Shown in pieces: positions 1-8,829 of a stretch of 64,000 nucleotides of DNA (the first letter of the stretch is position 1; each line of letters opens with the position of its first letter). A model generated the notes under the pieces. The model worked only from the letters and a program-made list of their open reading frames with translations, had not been told where the DNA came from and made no database searches. The stretch covers positions 1,408,001 through 1,472,000 of the forward strand of contig OZ257142.1 of assembly GCA_965279035.1 (NCBI GenBank), written 5' to 3'. Position numbers and translations under genes: made by a program. The stretch is from Bacteroidia bacterium (lineage in GTDB: Bacteria; Bacteroidota; Bacteroidia; M30B66).

Positions 1-2
1 CG

Positions 3-815
3 GCAGTTGTTTCACAAGTGAACTCTATTACAATTAATCAACTGAATCTTCGGGTTGATGAAGGGGAAAACACCGATGAAATTTCTCTGATGGCTTCTAC
101 GTTTAATCGATTACTTGATCGTATTGAAGAAGCATTTCAAATGCAAAAACAATTTGTTGCCAATGCATCACATGAAATTAGAACACCTTTAACGGTATTG
201 TCGGGACAGCTCGAAGTTGCTTTACTAAAAGATAGATCTATTGAACAGTATCAAAAGATTTTAAGTTCGTTGAAGGAAGATTTAGGAAACCTCAATTTAA
301 CTGCTAACCGACTTCTATTATTAGCTCAAGCAGATGCTCAATCTGAAAATCTTGATTCAAAGAGTTTTAGATTAGATGAAACCTTATGGCAAATTCAATC
401 CGAAATGATGAAGCGATTTCCGAAAGCTGAAATTGATATTCATTTTGGTAAAGTGCCCGAATCAGAATCCGATTTTATGGTTTTAGGAAATGAACAACTT
501 CTTCGAGTGGCAATAAGTAATGTTATTGAAAATGCTTTAAAGTATTCTAATCCACCTCATTGCACTGTTATTTTTGATTCCGCAGAAAATCATAAATCCA
601 TCACTGTTATTGATCAAGGTGTAGGAATTCCATTAGAAGAGCAACAGAAAATATTTTTGCCTTTTTATAGGTCTTCTTCCGTTATGAATGCTCCTGGTCA
701 TGGACTGGGATTGGCTATGGTGAAAAAGATTATTCAACTTCATCATGGCGAAGTACAATTAAGCTCCACTTTAGGCGTTGGTACTGAGTTGAAATTGATT
801 CTTCCAAATTCTTAA
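3..815 (+). CDS. Sensor histidine kinase, 5'-truncated by the window edge (HAMP-HisKA-HATPase_c)
   Basis: Frame is open from position 3. H-box FVANASHEIRTPL, N-box NVIENALKYS, G boxes DQGVGI and GHGLGL. Confidence 0.93.
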   Translation, partial: AVVSQVNSITINQLNLRVDEGENTDEISLMASTFNRLLDRIEEAFQMQKQFVANASHEIRTPLTVLSGQLEVALLKDRSIEQYQKILSSLKEDLGNLNLTANRLLLLAQADAQSENLDSKSFRLDETLWQIQSEMMKRFPKAEIDIHFGKVPESESDFMVLGNEQLLRVAISNVIENALKYSNPPHCTVIFDSAENHKSITVIDQGVGIPLEEQQKIFLPFYRSSSVMNAPGHGLGLAMVKKIIQLHHGEVQLSSTLGVGTELKLILPNS

Positions 816-871
816 TGGAATTTAAATCTCCTTGGAATTTTCCTTTCAAAAAAAATCATCAGATTTGAAGT

Positions 872-1765
872 ATGTTCAAAAAGGGGGGATCACAAATCAA
901 TACAACAAACAAATCATTTTTGTTGTCTATTTCTGCAATTAGTGCTTTAATTATCGGCACTGGTATTTTGTTTTTCAATAATCGCAAAATGCTAGATGAT
1001 ATTCGGGCTGAACGAGTAAATTCAGAATCGATTATTCATGATCGTAATTTTGCACTTCAAGAGATTAAAGTCCTTAAAAAGGAAAACGCTCATCTAAAAG
1101 ATGAAAATCAAAAGCTCGAAGAAGAATCAAAATTTGAGCATCATTCGCTTGAACTTGCTAATTCCAAATTGAATTCATTTCAAACGAAAGTGAATGAAAT
1201 CAAACTTCTGGAGAAGCAAATTGCACAATTTCAAACGATAAAATTTAATAGCGAAGCGGATAACATTCGGCTCAATGATCAATTCCAGGCTTCCCAAAAA
1301 TTGAATCAAATTCAAGATCAAATTATTCGATCCAAAGAGAAAGAAATTGAAGTTCTTTCTGCAAGAATTAAAGAACATGCAAACAAAGCCATCTTGTTTG
1401 ATGTTGAAGCTCGTAAATCTTTAAAGGGTAATTTAACAACGAAAGCACGAAGCACTCGATCGATACATATTGAATTCTCAATCTCTCAGGGAACAATTCC
1501 GTTGAATGCGCCTTTGTATGTTACACTCACAGATTTACAACTTGGAAAGGGGATTTCAGGAAATGAACTACCGATATCAATTCAGGTTGATGGTGAAAAT
1601 ATTACTTTAAATCCTGTCGCTTTTGCTCGCTGGGAAGGAAAAGGAATTGCAGATCGGATGGAATTAGATGTTGAATTGATGCAAAAACTTTCTAAAGGTC
1701 AATATCAAGTAGATGTTTATTCCGATACACGTTATTTAGGTGGTTCAAGATTGAGGTTACAATAA
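872..1765 (+). CDS. Membrane-anchored coiled-coil hypothetical protein with C-terminal beta-rich domain
   Basis: N-terminal hydrophobic helix, about 130 aa of coiled-coil-like E/K/Q/L sequence, C-terminal GQYQVDVYSD strand pattern; followed by a terminator. Confidence 0.75.
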   Translation: MFKKGGSQINTTNKSFLLSISAISALIIGTGILFFNNRKMLDDIRAERVNSESIIHDRNFALQEIKVLKKENAHLKDENQKLEEESKFEHHSLELANSKLNSFQTKVNEIKLLEKQIAQFQTIKFNSEADNIRLNDQFQASQKLNQIQDQIIRSKEKEIEVLSARIKEHANKAILFDVEARKSLKGNLTTKARSTRSIHIEFSISQGTIPLNAPLYVTLTDLQLGKGISGNELPISIQVDGENITLNPVAFARWEGKGIADRMELDVELMQKLSKGQYQVDVYSDTRYLGGSRLRLQ

Positions 1766-1795
1766 TGAAGATTTGTTTATTGGTTAATTTCAACG

Positions 1796-1827
1796 AAGCC
1801 AGTGCTCATTTGAGTCCTGGCTTTTTT
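1796..1827 (+). terminator. Intrinsic terminator
   Basis: AAGCCAG...CTGGCTT stem followed by a T-run after the 1765 stop. Confidence 0.7.
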
Positions 1828-1912
1828 GATATGTAAGGTTGATAGTACTTTTCTAGCAACTAAAAATCAACAGAACAGTAAAGTGATTTATCGAAATGAA
1901 TAATTCAGACTT

Positions 1913-2767
1913 ATGCTGGGATTTTACCAACCGATATCGAGCTGGACTCATCTACTGGGAGCCCTGATAACACTATGTACTGGAGCTATCTTAATTCGAC
2001 GTGGTTGGGGTAATCAAATTCGAGTAGGCTCGCTCATTGTTTTTATGATCGGTATTGTTCTGATGTTTACGATGAGTGGAATTTATCATGCACTTGAGCC
2101 TGGGCTTGGTCGTCAAGTTTTTAGACGCCTTGATTATGCTGCAATTTTTGTCATGATTGCAGGAACTGCAACACCTATCCATGTGATCTTGTTTAGAGGA
2201 TGGTGGCGCTGGGGAATGTTAATCTATTTATGGGTTGTTGCTATTGTTGGATTATTATTAACGGTAATCCTTATCGATCAAATCCCCGAATGGGCAACTC
2301 TAACGGTTTTTATGGCTTTGGGTTGGACAGCGCTTGCATCCATATTGAAAGCAGGAAGATTATATGGTTTTATAGCTATTCGATTGGCTTTACTAGGCGG
2401 TTTGTTTTATTGTGTTGGAGCCGCAATTGATTTTCTTCGCTGGCCTGTTTTAATACAGGATTTTATTGGACCTCATGAAATATTTCATGTGTTTGTCATG
2501 CTTGGTGCAGCAGCACATTGGAAACTCATTTACAATTGGGCTGATCAACCAACCCATTCTCGCTTGATTTTTTTAGTGAAAGAACGGTCTGAAAATGAGC
2601 TATTTGCAAGAGCTGTTGGTGAATCTATTTTCGTTTCTGCAACCTCACGTCATGAATTACGTATTCGAGTAAAGGAAAAGTTAGATCAACAATTTCATCC
2701 TCGACTTATTCCCTCTAAAATCAGGTTTCGCTATTACAGAGATGTGGTAATGAAACTAAGTGCATAA
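1913..2767 (+). CDS. Hemolysin III / PAQR (TrhA-like) membrane protein with extra C-terminal HicB-like domain
   Basis: Motifs SSWTHLLG, SGIYH, RRLDYAAIFVMIAGTATP, HEIFHVFV..GAAAH; about 7 TM helices; 68-aa soluble tail. Confidence 0.88.
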   Translation: MLGFYQPISSWTHLLGALITLCTGAILIRRGWGNQIRVGSLIVFMIGIVLMFTMSGIYHALEPGLGRQVFRRLDYAAIFVMIAGTATPIHVILFRGWWRWGMLIYLWVVAIVGLLLTVILIDQIPEWATLTVFMALGWTALASILKAGRLYGFIAIRLALLGGLFYCVGAAIDFLRWPVLIQDFIGPHEIFHVFVMLGAAAHWKLIYNWADQPTHSRLIFLVKERSENELFARAVGESIFVSATSRHELRIRVKEKLDQQFHPRLIPSKIRFRYYRDVVMKLSA

Positions 2768-2920
2768 ACAGTTTATACAAAATTTATTGAGCAGATTTTA
2801 CTATCCAACGTACGTGAAATTGACAAGGTGTTAATCTTTGTGAAAAGCATCTTTTCCGGACAATTTTCCGGCAATTCAACGTTTAAAGTTGGCTTGTTGA
2901 ACTTCTTAATATTTTGTTGT

Positions 2921-3082
2921 ATGTCTATGTCAATGCTTGAATACAGTAAAGTGATTTTGGAAAATGTAAGTTTTGATCCATCCTTATTTATCAAAGAACT
3001 TCGAAAAGCGTTTAAACGACTCATGGAGCCCGAGGCAGAAGAACTTATGATTTGGTGTATTGCTCGATATAATTTCCCATAA
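2921..3082 (+). CDS. Small conserved Bacteroidota hypothetical protein (start at 2921, 2927 or 2933 rather than 2828)
   Basis: MLEYSKVILENVSFDPSLFIKELRKA resembles a recurring Bacteroidota small-protein family (recalled); followed by a terminator. Confidence 0.7.
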   Translation: MSMSMLEYSKVILENVSFDPSLFIKELRKAFKRLMEPEAEELMIWCIARYNFP

Positions 3083-3105
3083 TTTTTAGGAATATTGAAT
3101 TTATG

Positions 3106-3139
3106 AAAATGCCGACTTATTCAATTAGGTCGGCATTTT
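3106..3139 (+). terminator. Intrinsic terminator
   Basis: AAAATGCCGAC...GTCGGCATTTT inverted repeat. Confidence 0.75.
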
Positions 3140-3160
3140 ATTTTAAACCGTGAAAGAGTG

Positions 3161-3168
3161 TATTTTTG
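3161..3168 (+). promoter_or_regulatory. Bacteroidota -7 promoter element for lhgO
   Basis: TATTTTTG matches TAnnTTTG, 19 nt upstream of the ATG. Confidence 0.5.
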
Positions 3169-3187
3169 CGCATTAATAAAGTAGGAA

Positions 3188-4390
3188 ATGAATTACGATT
3201 GCATTGTTATAGGTGGCGGAATAGTTGGACTTGCCACAGCATATACTTTACTCAACGAAAAACCAGAATTGAAAATACTCCTCTTGGAGAAAGAAGAAAA
3301 ACTAGCACAACATCAAACTGGAAATAATAGTGGTGTAATTCATTCAGGACTTTATTATAAACCCGGATCTTTAAAAGCAACAAACTGCATTCAAGGATAT
3401 CAAATGTTACTGGAATTTGCCAAAATACATGGGATTCCATTTGATTTATGTGGGAAGGTTGTCGTAGCAACGAACGAGGCTCAAAGGCCTTTATTGCAAA
3501 ATTTATATCAACGAGGCATTGAGAATGGTTTGAATGATATTCGAATGATTACTGAGGCGGAACTCAAAAAAATTGAACCCCATTGTAGAGGAATTGAAGC
3601 CATTCAGGTTCCATATACTGGGATTATCGATTATACTGCAGTGTCAATCAAATTAGGTGAATTAATTCAGCAATTCGGAGGTAAAATTCAAACCAATACA
3701 AAGGTTACTGGGATTCAATTAAAAGCTGATACAGGAGCTACAATACAAACCAATCTGGGTGATTTTTCCTGCAATCTCGTTATAAACTGTGCTGGATTGT
3801 ATTCAGATAAAATAGCTTCTATGACACATCCAGATATAGATGTGCGCATTATTCCATTTCGTGGGGAGTATTTTATGTTGCGAGAAGATCGACGCTCCTT
3901 GGTGAATACTTTAATCTATCCAGTTCCTGATCCTAATTTTCCATTTCTTGGTGTTCATTTTACTAAAATGATAGATGGTGGAGTTGAGGCTGGACCGAAC
4001 GCCGTTTTTGCATTTAAGCGTGAAGGGTATACTCGAAGTTCATTCAATGTTTCAGAACTATGGGAATCGCTTAGTTGGCCTGGCTTCCGTAAAGTAGCTA
4101 CCAAATATTGGAAAACTGGAATGGGTGAATATTATCGTTCATTTAATAAATCAGCTTTTACTAAAGCTCTTCAAGAATTAATTCCTGAAGTAAATCAAAA
4201 CGATTTGATTCCAGCTGGAGCAGGAGTTCGTGCCCAAGCATGTGATCGTTCAGGTGGATTAATAGATGATTTCGTTTTTTTAGAGAAAGAATCTGTGATT
4301 CATGTGTTGAATGCGCCTTCACCAGCAGCAACATCCTCTCTTTCTATTGGGAAAACCATTGCCAACATGGGATTGAAAAGATTTGAGTAA
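3188..4390 (+). CDS. lhgO: L-2-hydroxyglutarate oxidase
   Basis: GGGIVG FAD motif, HQTGNNSGVIHSGLYYKPGSLKA, PFRGEY, YPVPDPNFPFLGVHFT, AGVRAQA, NAPSPAATSSL. Confidence 0.93.
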   Translation: MNYDCIVIGGGIVGLATAYTLLNEKPELKILLLEKEEKLAQHQTGNNSGVIHSGLYYKPGSLKATNCIQGYQMLLEFAKIHGIPFDLCGKVVVATNEAQRPLLQNLYQRGIENGLNDIRMITEAELKKIEPHCRGIEAIQVPYTGIIDYTAVSIKLGELIQQFGGKIQTNTKVTGIQLKADTGATIQTNLGDFSCNLVINCAGLYSDKIASMTHPDIDVRIIPFRGEYFMLREDRRSLVNTLIYPVPDPNFPFLGVHFTKMIDGGVEAGPNAVFAFKREGYTRSSFNVSELWESLSWPGFRKVATKYWKTGMGEYYRSFNKSAFTKALQELIPEVNQNDLIPAGAGVRAQACDRSGGLIDDFVFLEKESVIHVLNAPSPAATSSLSIGKTIANMGLKRFE

Positions 4391-4576
4391 CATACCAAAT
4401 CAAGCATATTTTCGTTAACTTCATTCGATGGAATTTTACTAATCATCGCTACATTGTTAATATTTTGACGATTTTTTTAATCTATACATGGATTGAAATT
4501 TAATTCAGTTGTTAGTTTTGCATTTATTCTAAACATCTACCCAACGAGTTCCTATAAAATGGAGCATTAGAATGAA

Positions 4577-7500
4577 ATGAAGTTTACTCGAATACTTTTT
4601 ATAACCCTTTTCATTGTTTCTTCTTTTACCCATGTTTATTCACAAGGTAGAAGAGAGTATATCGTGTTTGATGGCTTTTTAACTACTGAAACAGGTTCTT
4701 TATCAGATGGCGCATCTGTTAAATTGCTATGTAATGGTAGAAATGAGTATTTGAAATTTGATCCATTAACCGGAAAATTTCAAGTACGTGTTGGTTTAAA
4801 TAAAGAATGCGAAATTAGTTTTACAAAGCCAGGTTGCATTTCAACTATCGTTTCGTTGAATACAATTTGTCCCAAAGAACGCGTTGATGAAGGCTTTCCC
4901 GATTACGAACTCAATGTGGTTTTAAAGCCTGAAATTGAGAAAGTTCCATTTACAGTAAAGCATGAAGTTGTATACGATGATGATGTATATAATTTTGATT
5001 TTAAAGAAGATTTTGGTCGATCTACTAATCGACAATTAAAGGAATACAAAGAATTAACAAGTAATTCTAAAGCAAAAGCTGAAGAACAAGCTCGACTTGC
5101 AGAAGAGAAGAAAAAAGCAGAAGAGTTAAAAAAGCAACAATTAGCTGAACAAAAAGCAGCTGCAGAACGAGCAAAAATTGTTGCAGATTCATTAGCTTCA
5201 GCTCAATCATCAGCCGAAAAAGCTAAGCGAGAAGCTGAAGCGAAAGCCAAGGCAGAGGCTGAAGCTGCAGAAAAAGCGAAACTAGAAAATGATTTATTGG
5301 CTAGAAAAGCGGCAGAAGAGAAACTCCGTTTAGAAAAAGAAGCAGCAGAGAAAGCTCGAAAAGAGGCTGAGGAAAGAGCAAAATTGGATGCTATTGCTCG
5401 GGAGAAATTAGATAGAGATGCAAGAGAAGCGGCTGAAAAAGCCAAACGTGAAGCAGATGAAAAAGCACGTTTAGATGCTATTGCAGCAGATAAAGCTCAA
5501 AGAGAAGCTGCTGAGAAAGCAAAGTTAGAAGCTGAGAAAGCAGAGAAAGCACGAATTGCTGCTGAAGAAAAAGCCCGTTTAGAAGCTTTGGCTAGAGAAA
5601 AAGCGCAGAAAGAAGCTGATGAAAAAGCTCGGAAAGAAGAAATTGAACGAGCTCGATTAGCTGCAGAAACTGCGAAACTAGCGGAAAAGGAGACAAACAA
5701 AAGAAAGAAAGATTCTTTAGAAGCTGTGATGAAGCAACAACAACTTGCAGAGATTAAAGCACAGCAAGAGTTGGATGCTCGTCGTAAACTGGAGCAAGAA
5801 GCTGCTGAAAAAGCTCGATTAGAAGCAATAGCAAGGGATTTAGCTGATAAAGAAGCAGCATTAAAAGCAAAAAAAGAAGCGGAGGCCAAAGCGAAAGCAG
5901 AAGCGGAAGCTAAAATAGCTGCGGATAAAGCAGCTGCAGAGAAAGCACGATTAGCTGCAGAAGAAAAAGCGAAACAAGATGCTCTTACGAAAGCAGCCGA
6001 AGAAAAAGCTCAAAAGGAAGCTGCTTTAAAGGCCAAATTAGAAGCAGAAGCGAAAGCGAAAGCGGATTCCGAGGCGAAAGCCAAAGCTGAAGCTGAATTG
6101 CAAGCTAAAATTAAAGCAGATGCAGAGAAAGCTCGTTTAGAGGCTGCAGAAAAAGCAAAACAAGACGCACTAGCGAAAGCAGCTGCTGAAAAAGCACAAA
6201 AAGAAGCAGATCTAAAAGCAAAAGCAGAAGCAGATGCTAAATTAAAAGCAGAAGCAGATTCAATTGCAAAAGCAGAAGCAGAAGCTAAAGCAGCTGCAGA
6301 GAAGGCTCGTTTAGAAGCAGCCGAAAAAGCGAAACAAGACGCACTTGCCAAAGCAGCAGCCGAAAAAGCTCAAAAAGAAGCTGAGTTAAAAGCGAGAGCA
6401 GAAGCAGAAGCAAAAGCGAAAGCAGAAGCGGATTCATTGGCTAAATTGGATGCAGAAGCAAAGGCAGCTGCTGAGAAGGCACGTATTGAAGCAGCTGAAA
6501 AAGCGAAACAAGATGCCATAGCAAAAGCAGCAGCCGAAAAAGCCCAGAAGGATGCTGAATTAAAAGCAAGATCTGATGCCGAAGCAAAAGCGAAAGCCGA
6601 AGCTGAAGCCAAACTAGCTGAAGAAAAAGCCCAAAAAGCAGCAGCCGAAAAAGCACGTTTAGAAGCAGAAGCAGCTGAAAAAGCTCGATTAATTGCTGAA
6701 GAAAAAGCTCGTATTGAAGCTGAAGCAAAAGCAAAAGCGGAGAAAGATAGCCTTACTAAAGCTCAAAAAGAGGCTGAAGCAAAAGCAAAATTAGAAGCAG
6801 AAGCTGCAATCAAAGCGAAGAAAGAAGCCGACGAAAAAGCGCGTAAAGAGGCAGAGGAAAAAGCAAGAATTGAAGCAGAAGCACTTGCAAAAGCGAAGAA
6901 AGAAGCAGATGAAAAAGCGCGTATAGAACGTGAAGCAACAGAGAAAGCAAAGCGTGAAGCAGAACTAAAAGCGAAGCTGGAAGCCGAAAAATTAGTGGCT
7001 GAAGAAAAAGCGGCTGCTGAAAAATTACGTTTGGAAGCTGAAGCTAAAGCAAAACAAGAGGCAGAAATGCAGGCTAAAGCTCGTGCTGAGGCTGAATTGA
7101 AAGCTAAACAAGAAAAAGAAGCTGCAGAGAAAGCGAAAATAGAAGCTGAAGAAAAAGCGCGTCAAGAATCTGTAGCAAAAGCAGCTGAAGAAAAAGCGAA
7201 ACGCGATGCTGAAGAAAAAGCAAAACGTGAAGCAGAAGAAAAAGCCCGTTTGCAAGCTATAGCAGATGCAGCGAAAGAAAAAGCTCGTAAAGAAGCTGAA
7301 GAAAAAGCAACTCGTGAAGCAGCAGAAAAGGCTAGACAAGAAGCTATAGCCAAAGCAGCAGCAGAAAAAGCACGCGTAGAAGCTGAAGCAAAAGCGAAAG
7401 CCGAAGCTGACGAGAAAGCAAGACGCGATGCAGCAGCAAAAGTATTGGCTGATAAAGCAGCAAAAGAAGCTGAAGAGGCCGCCGAACGCGCTAAACCTAC

Positions 7501-7714
7501 AGAGCAACGCGTACGTGAACGCATCGAAAAGATGATGAAGGAGGGCTTGAAAGACGAAAACGTTATTCTTCGTCCTTATGAAGCCGCTCTTCAAGGATAT
7601 GCCACTAAATTTTATGGCTATATCAACTTTGGAGACGGTAAAGGAAACATCGAATTAACAAAAGAGGAATTCCTCGAATATGCGAAACGATTCAAGATTG
7701 CACAGGGCAAGTAA
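4577..7714 (+). CDS. Exported Ala/Glu/Lys-rich (TolA-like low-complexity) rod protein
   Basis: Signal peptide (VYS-Q), about 140-aa beta-rich N-domain, about 810 aa of AEKAK-type helix, short globular C-domain. Confidence 0.85.
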   Translation: MKFTRILFITLFIVSSFTHVYSQGRREYIVFDGFLTTETGSLSDGASVKLLCNGRNEYLKFDPLTGKFQVRVGLNKECEISFTKPGCISTIVSLNTICPKERVDEGFPDYELNVVLKPEIEKVPFTVKHEVVYDDDVYNFDFKEDFGRSTNRQLKEYKELTSNSKAKAEEQARLAEEKKKAEELKKQQLAEQKAAAERAKIVADSLASAQSSAEKAKREAEAKAKAEAEAAEKAKLENDLLARKAAEEKLRLEKEAAEKARKEAEERAKLDAIAREKLDRDAREAAEKAKREADEKARLDAIAADKAQREAAEKAKLEAEKAEKARIAAEEKARLEALAREKAQKEADEKARKEEIERARLAAETAKLAEKETNKRKKDSLEAVMKQQQLAEIKAQQELDARRKLEQEAAEKARLEAIARDLADKEAALKAKKEAEAKAKAEAEAKIAADKAAAEKARLAAEEKAKQDALTKAAEEKAQKEAALKAKLEAEAKAKADSEAKAKAEAELQAKIKADAEKARLEAAEKAKQDALAKAAAEKAQKEADLKAKAEADAKLKAEADSIAKAEAEAKAAAEKARLEAAEKAKQDALAKAAAEKAQKEAELKARAEAEAKAKAEADSLAKLDAEAKAAAEKARIEAAEKAKQDAIAKAAAEKAQKDAELKARSDAEAKAKAEAEAKLAEEKAQKAAAEKARLEAEAAEKARLIAEEKARIEAEAKAKAEKDSLTKAQKEAEAKAKLEAEAAIKAKKEADEKARKEAEEKARIEAEALAKAKKEADEKARIEREATEKAKREAELKAKLEAEKLVAEEKAAAEKLRLEAEAKAKQEAEMQAKARAEAELKAKQEKEAAEKAKIEAEEKARQESVAKAAEEKAKRDAEEKAKREAEEKARLQAIADAAKEKARKEAEEKATREAAEKARQEAIAKAAAEKARVEAEAKAKAEADEKARRDAAAKVLADKAAKEAEEAAERAKPTEQRVRERIEKMMKEGLKDENVILRPYEAALQGYATKFYGYINFGDGKGNIELTKEEFLEYAKRFKIAQGK
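5935..6640 (+). repeat. Four intragenic tandem repeats of 174-186 bp (58-62 aa)
   Basis: The AEKARL(I)xAxEKAKQDA unit starts at 5935, 6121, 6295 and 6469. Confidence 0.8.
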
Positions 7715-7747
7715 TTTCAAACTTTCGTTGAGGTAAAACCTAGAAAT

Positions 7748-8755
7748 TTAATTGAGGTCTTGAATATCTAGCATACCAATCAACTGCCCATCTTCTATCA
7801 CGAGAATATTGTCGATACGTTTTTCTTTGAGAATTCGAGATGCCTCAATAAGTAAGGCACTTGCTTCTATAGAAATCGGCTGTTTGAATTGGATTTCAGA
7901 AAGTTTCATCTGAAGGATATCTTTACCTCCTCCTTGTAGCAATCGTCTCAAATCACCATCGGTAAAAACACCAGCTACCGATTCCTTTTCATCCAAAACC
8001 GCTACAGCACCAAATCCTCCTTGACTCATTTGTACCACTGCGTCCAAAATGCTGTCTTTCAAATGCACTATGGGATTATTTCCACGCAAAGCATCTTTCA
8101 CTTGTACAGTAATCATACGAGTATGTTCTGAAAATTGCTGATTACTTTGACTTGAATAATCATTCTCTGTTAATCCTTTTAAAATATTCCAAGGAAGTGC
8201 AATTGCCTGAACACCGATGTTTATAGCATTTCGAACATGTTCTGATGAACGAACTGCTGTCATCATGATGCGTGTAGGGTAGTTGTATTTTAACCCACAT
8301 GCTATGGATTGCTCAAACAATGCAGTAGAATCATAGCCATGATCTTGTAAACGTCCAGTTGGAATGCTCACATAAGAAGCTCCAGCCTGCATTGAAACAT
8401 ACGCTTGTTGTAAAGTAAATACAGATTGAATATTCACTTTTATACCTTCTTTGCTCAGTAGTTTACAGGCTTTAATACCTTCCATCGAAACAGGAATTCT
8501 GAAAACGGTATTGTCGGAAGTCAAACCTAAATCCATCAATCGATGTGCATCATGCACGATGGTTTCAGCTTTTTCACCAATAGCATCAATCTGAATAACC
8601 GGAGCTAAACGAGTGAGCTTTTGGAGTAATGTCTTTTCATCCGTTGTGACTGTGCGATGGATAAATGAGGGTGTTGCAGTTAATCCAGCTGGGATTCCTG
8701 ATTTAAATGCTTCTTCAATCTCTTTCAGATCGTGTGATTCGAGGTACAGTTCCAT
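7748..8755 (-). CDS. Transaldolase/FSA-family barrel fused to a CBS pair; catalytic residues substituted
   Basis: FSA/TalC pattern (IPVSMEGIKACKLL, VFTLQQAY..MQAGASYVS..GRL.D) plus KdsD-like CBS motifs GVFTDGDLRR and IGMLDIQDL. Confidence 0.85.
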   Translation of the reverse strand: MELYLESHDLKEIEEAFKSGIPAGLTATPSFIHRTVTTDEKTLLQKLTRLAPVIQIDAIGEKAETIVHDAHRLMDLGLTSDNTVFRIPVSMEGIKACKLLSKEGIKVNIQSVFTLQQAYVSMQAGASYVSIPTGRLQDHGYDSTALFEQSIACGLKYNYPTRIMMTAVRSSEHVRNAINIGVQAIALPWNILKGLTENDYSSQSNQQFSEHTRMITVQVKDALRGNNPIVHLKDSILDAVVQMSQGGFGAVAVLDEKESVAGVFTDGDLRRLLQGGGKDILQMKLSEIQFKQPISIEASALLIEASRILKEKRIDNILVIEDGQLIGMLDIQDLN

Positions 8756-8829
8756 GCAATCTTTAATAGCGAAATTCTAAATACAAAGGAAACAGAAATT
8801 CAGGTATCCTTTCCAATCAATTCTATTCC

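Noticed and set aside
809-867. TGGAATTT direct repeat after the sensor kinase as a response-regulator site
   Set aside because: Two short copies in AT-rich DNA, and the cognate regulator is outside the window; not supportable.
5203-7594. Several minus-strand Ala/Ser/Phe-rich ORFs
   Set aside because: Antisense shadows of the low-complexity AEK-rich gene.
4577-7714. Calling the gene tolA
   Set aside because: Similarity is only compositional; there is no N-terminal anchor, no recognisable TolA domain III and no tol-pal context.
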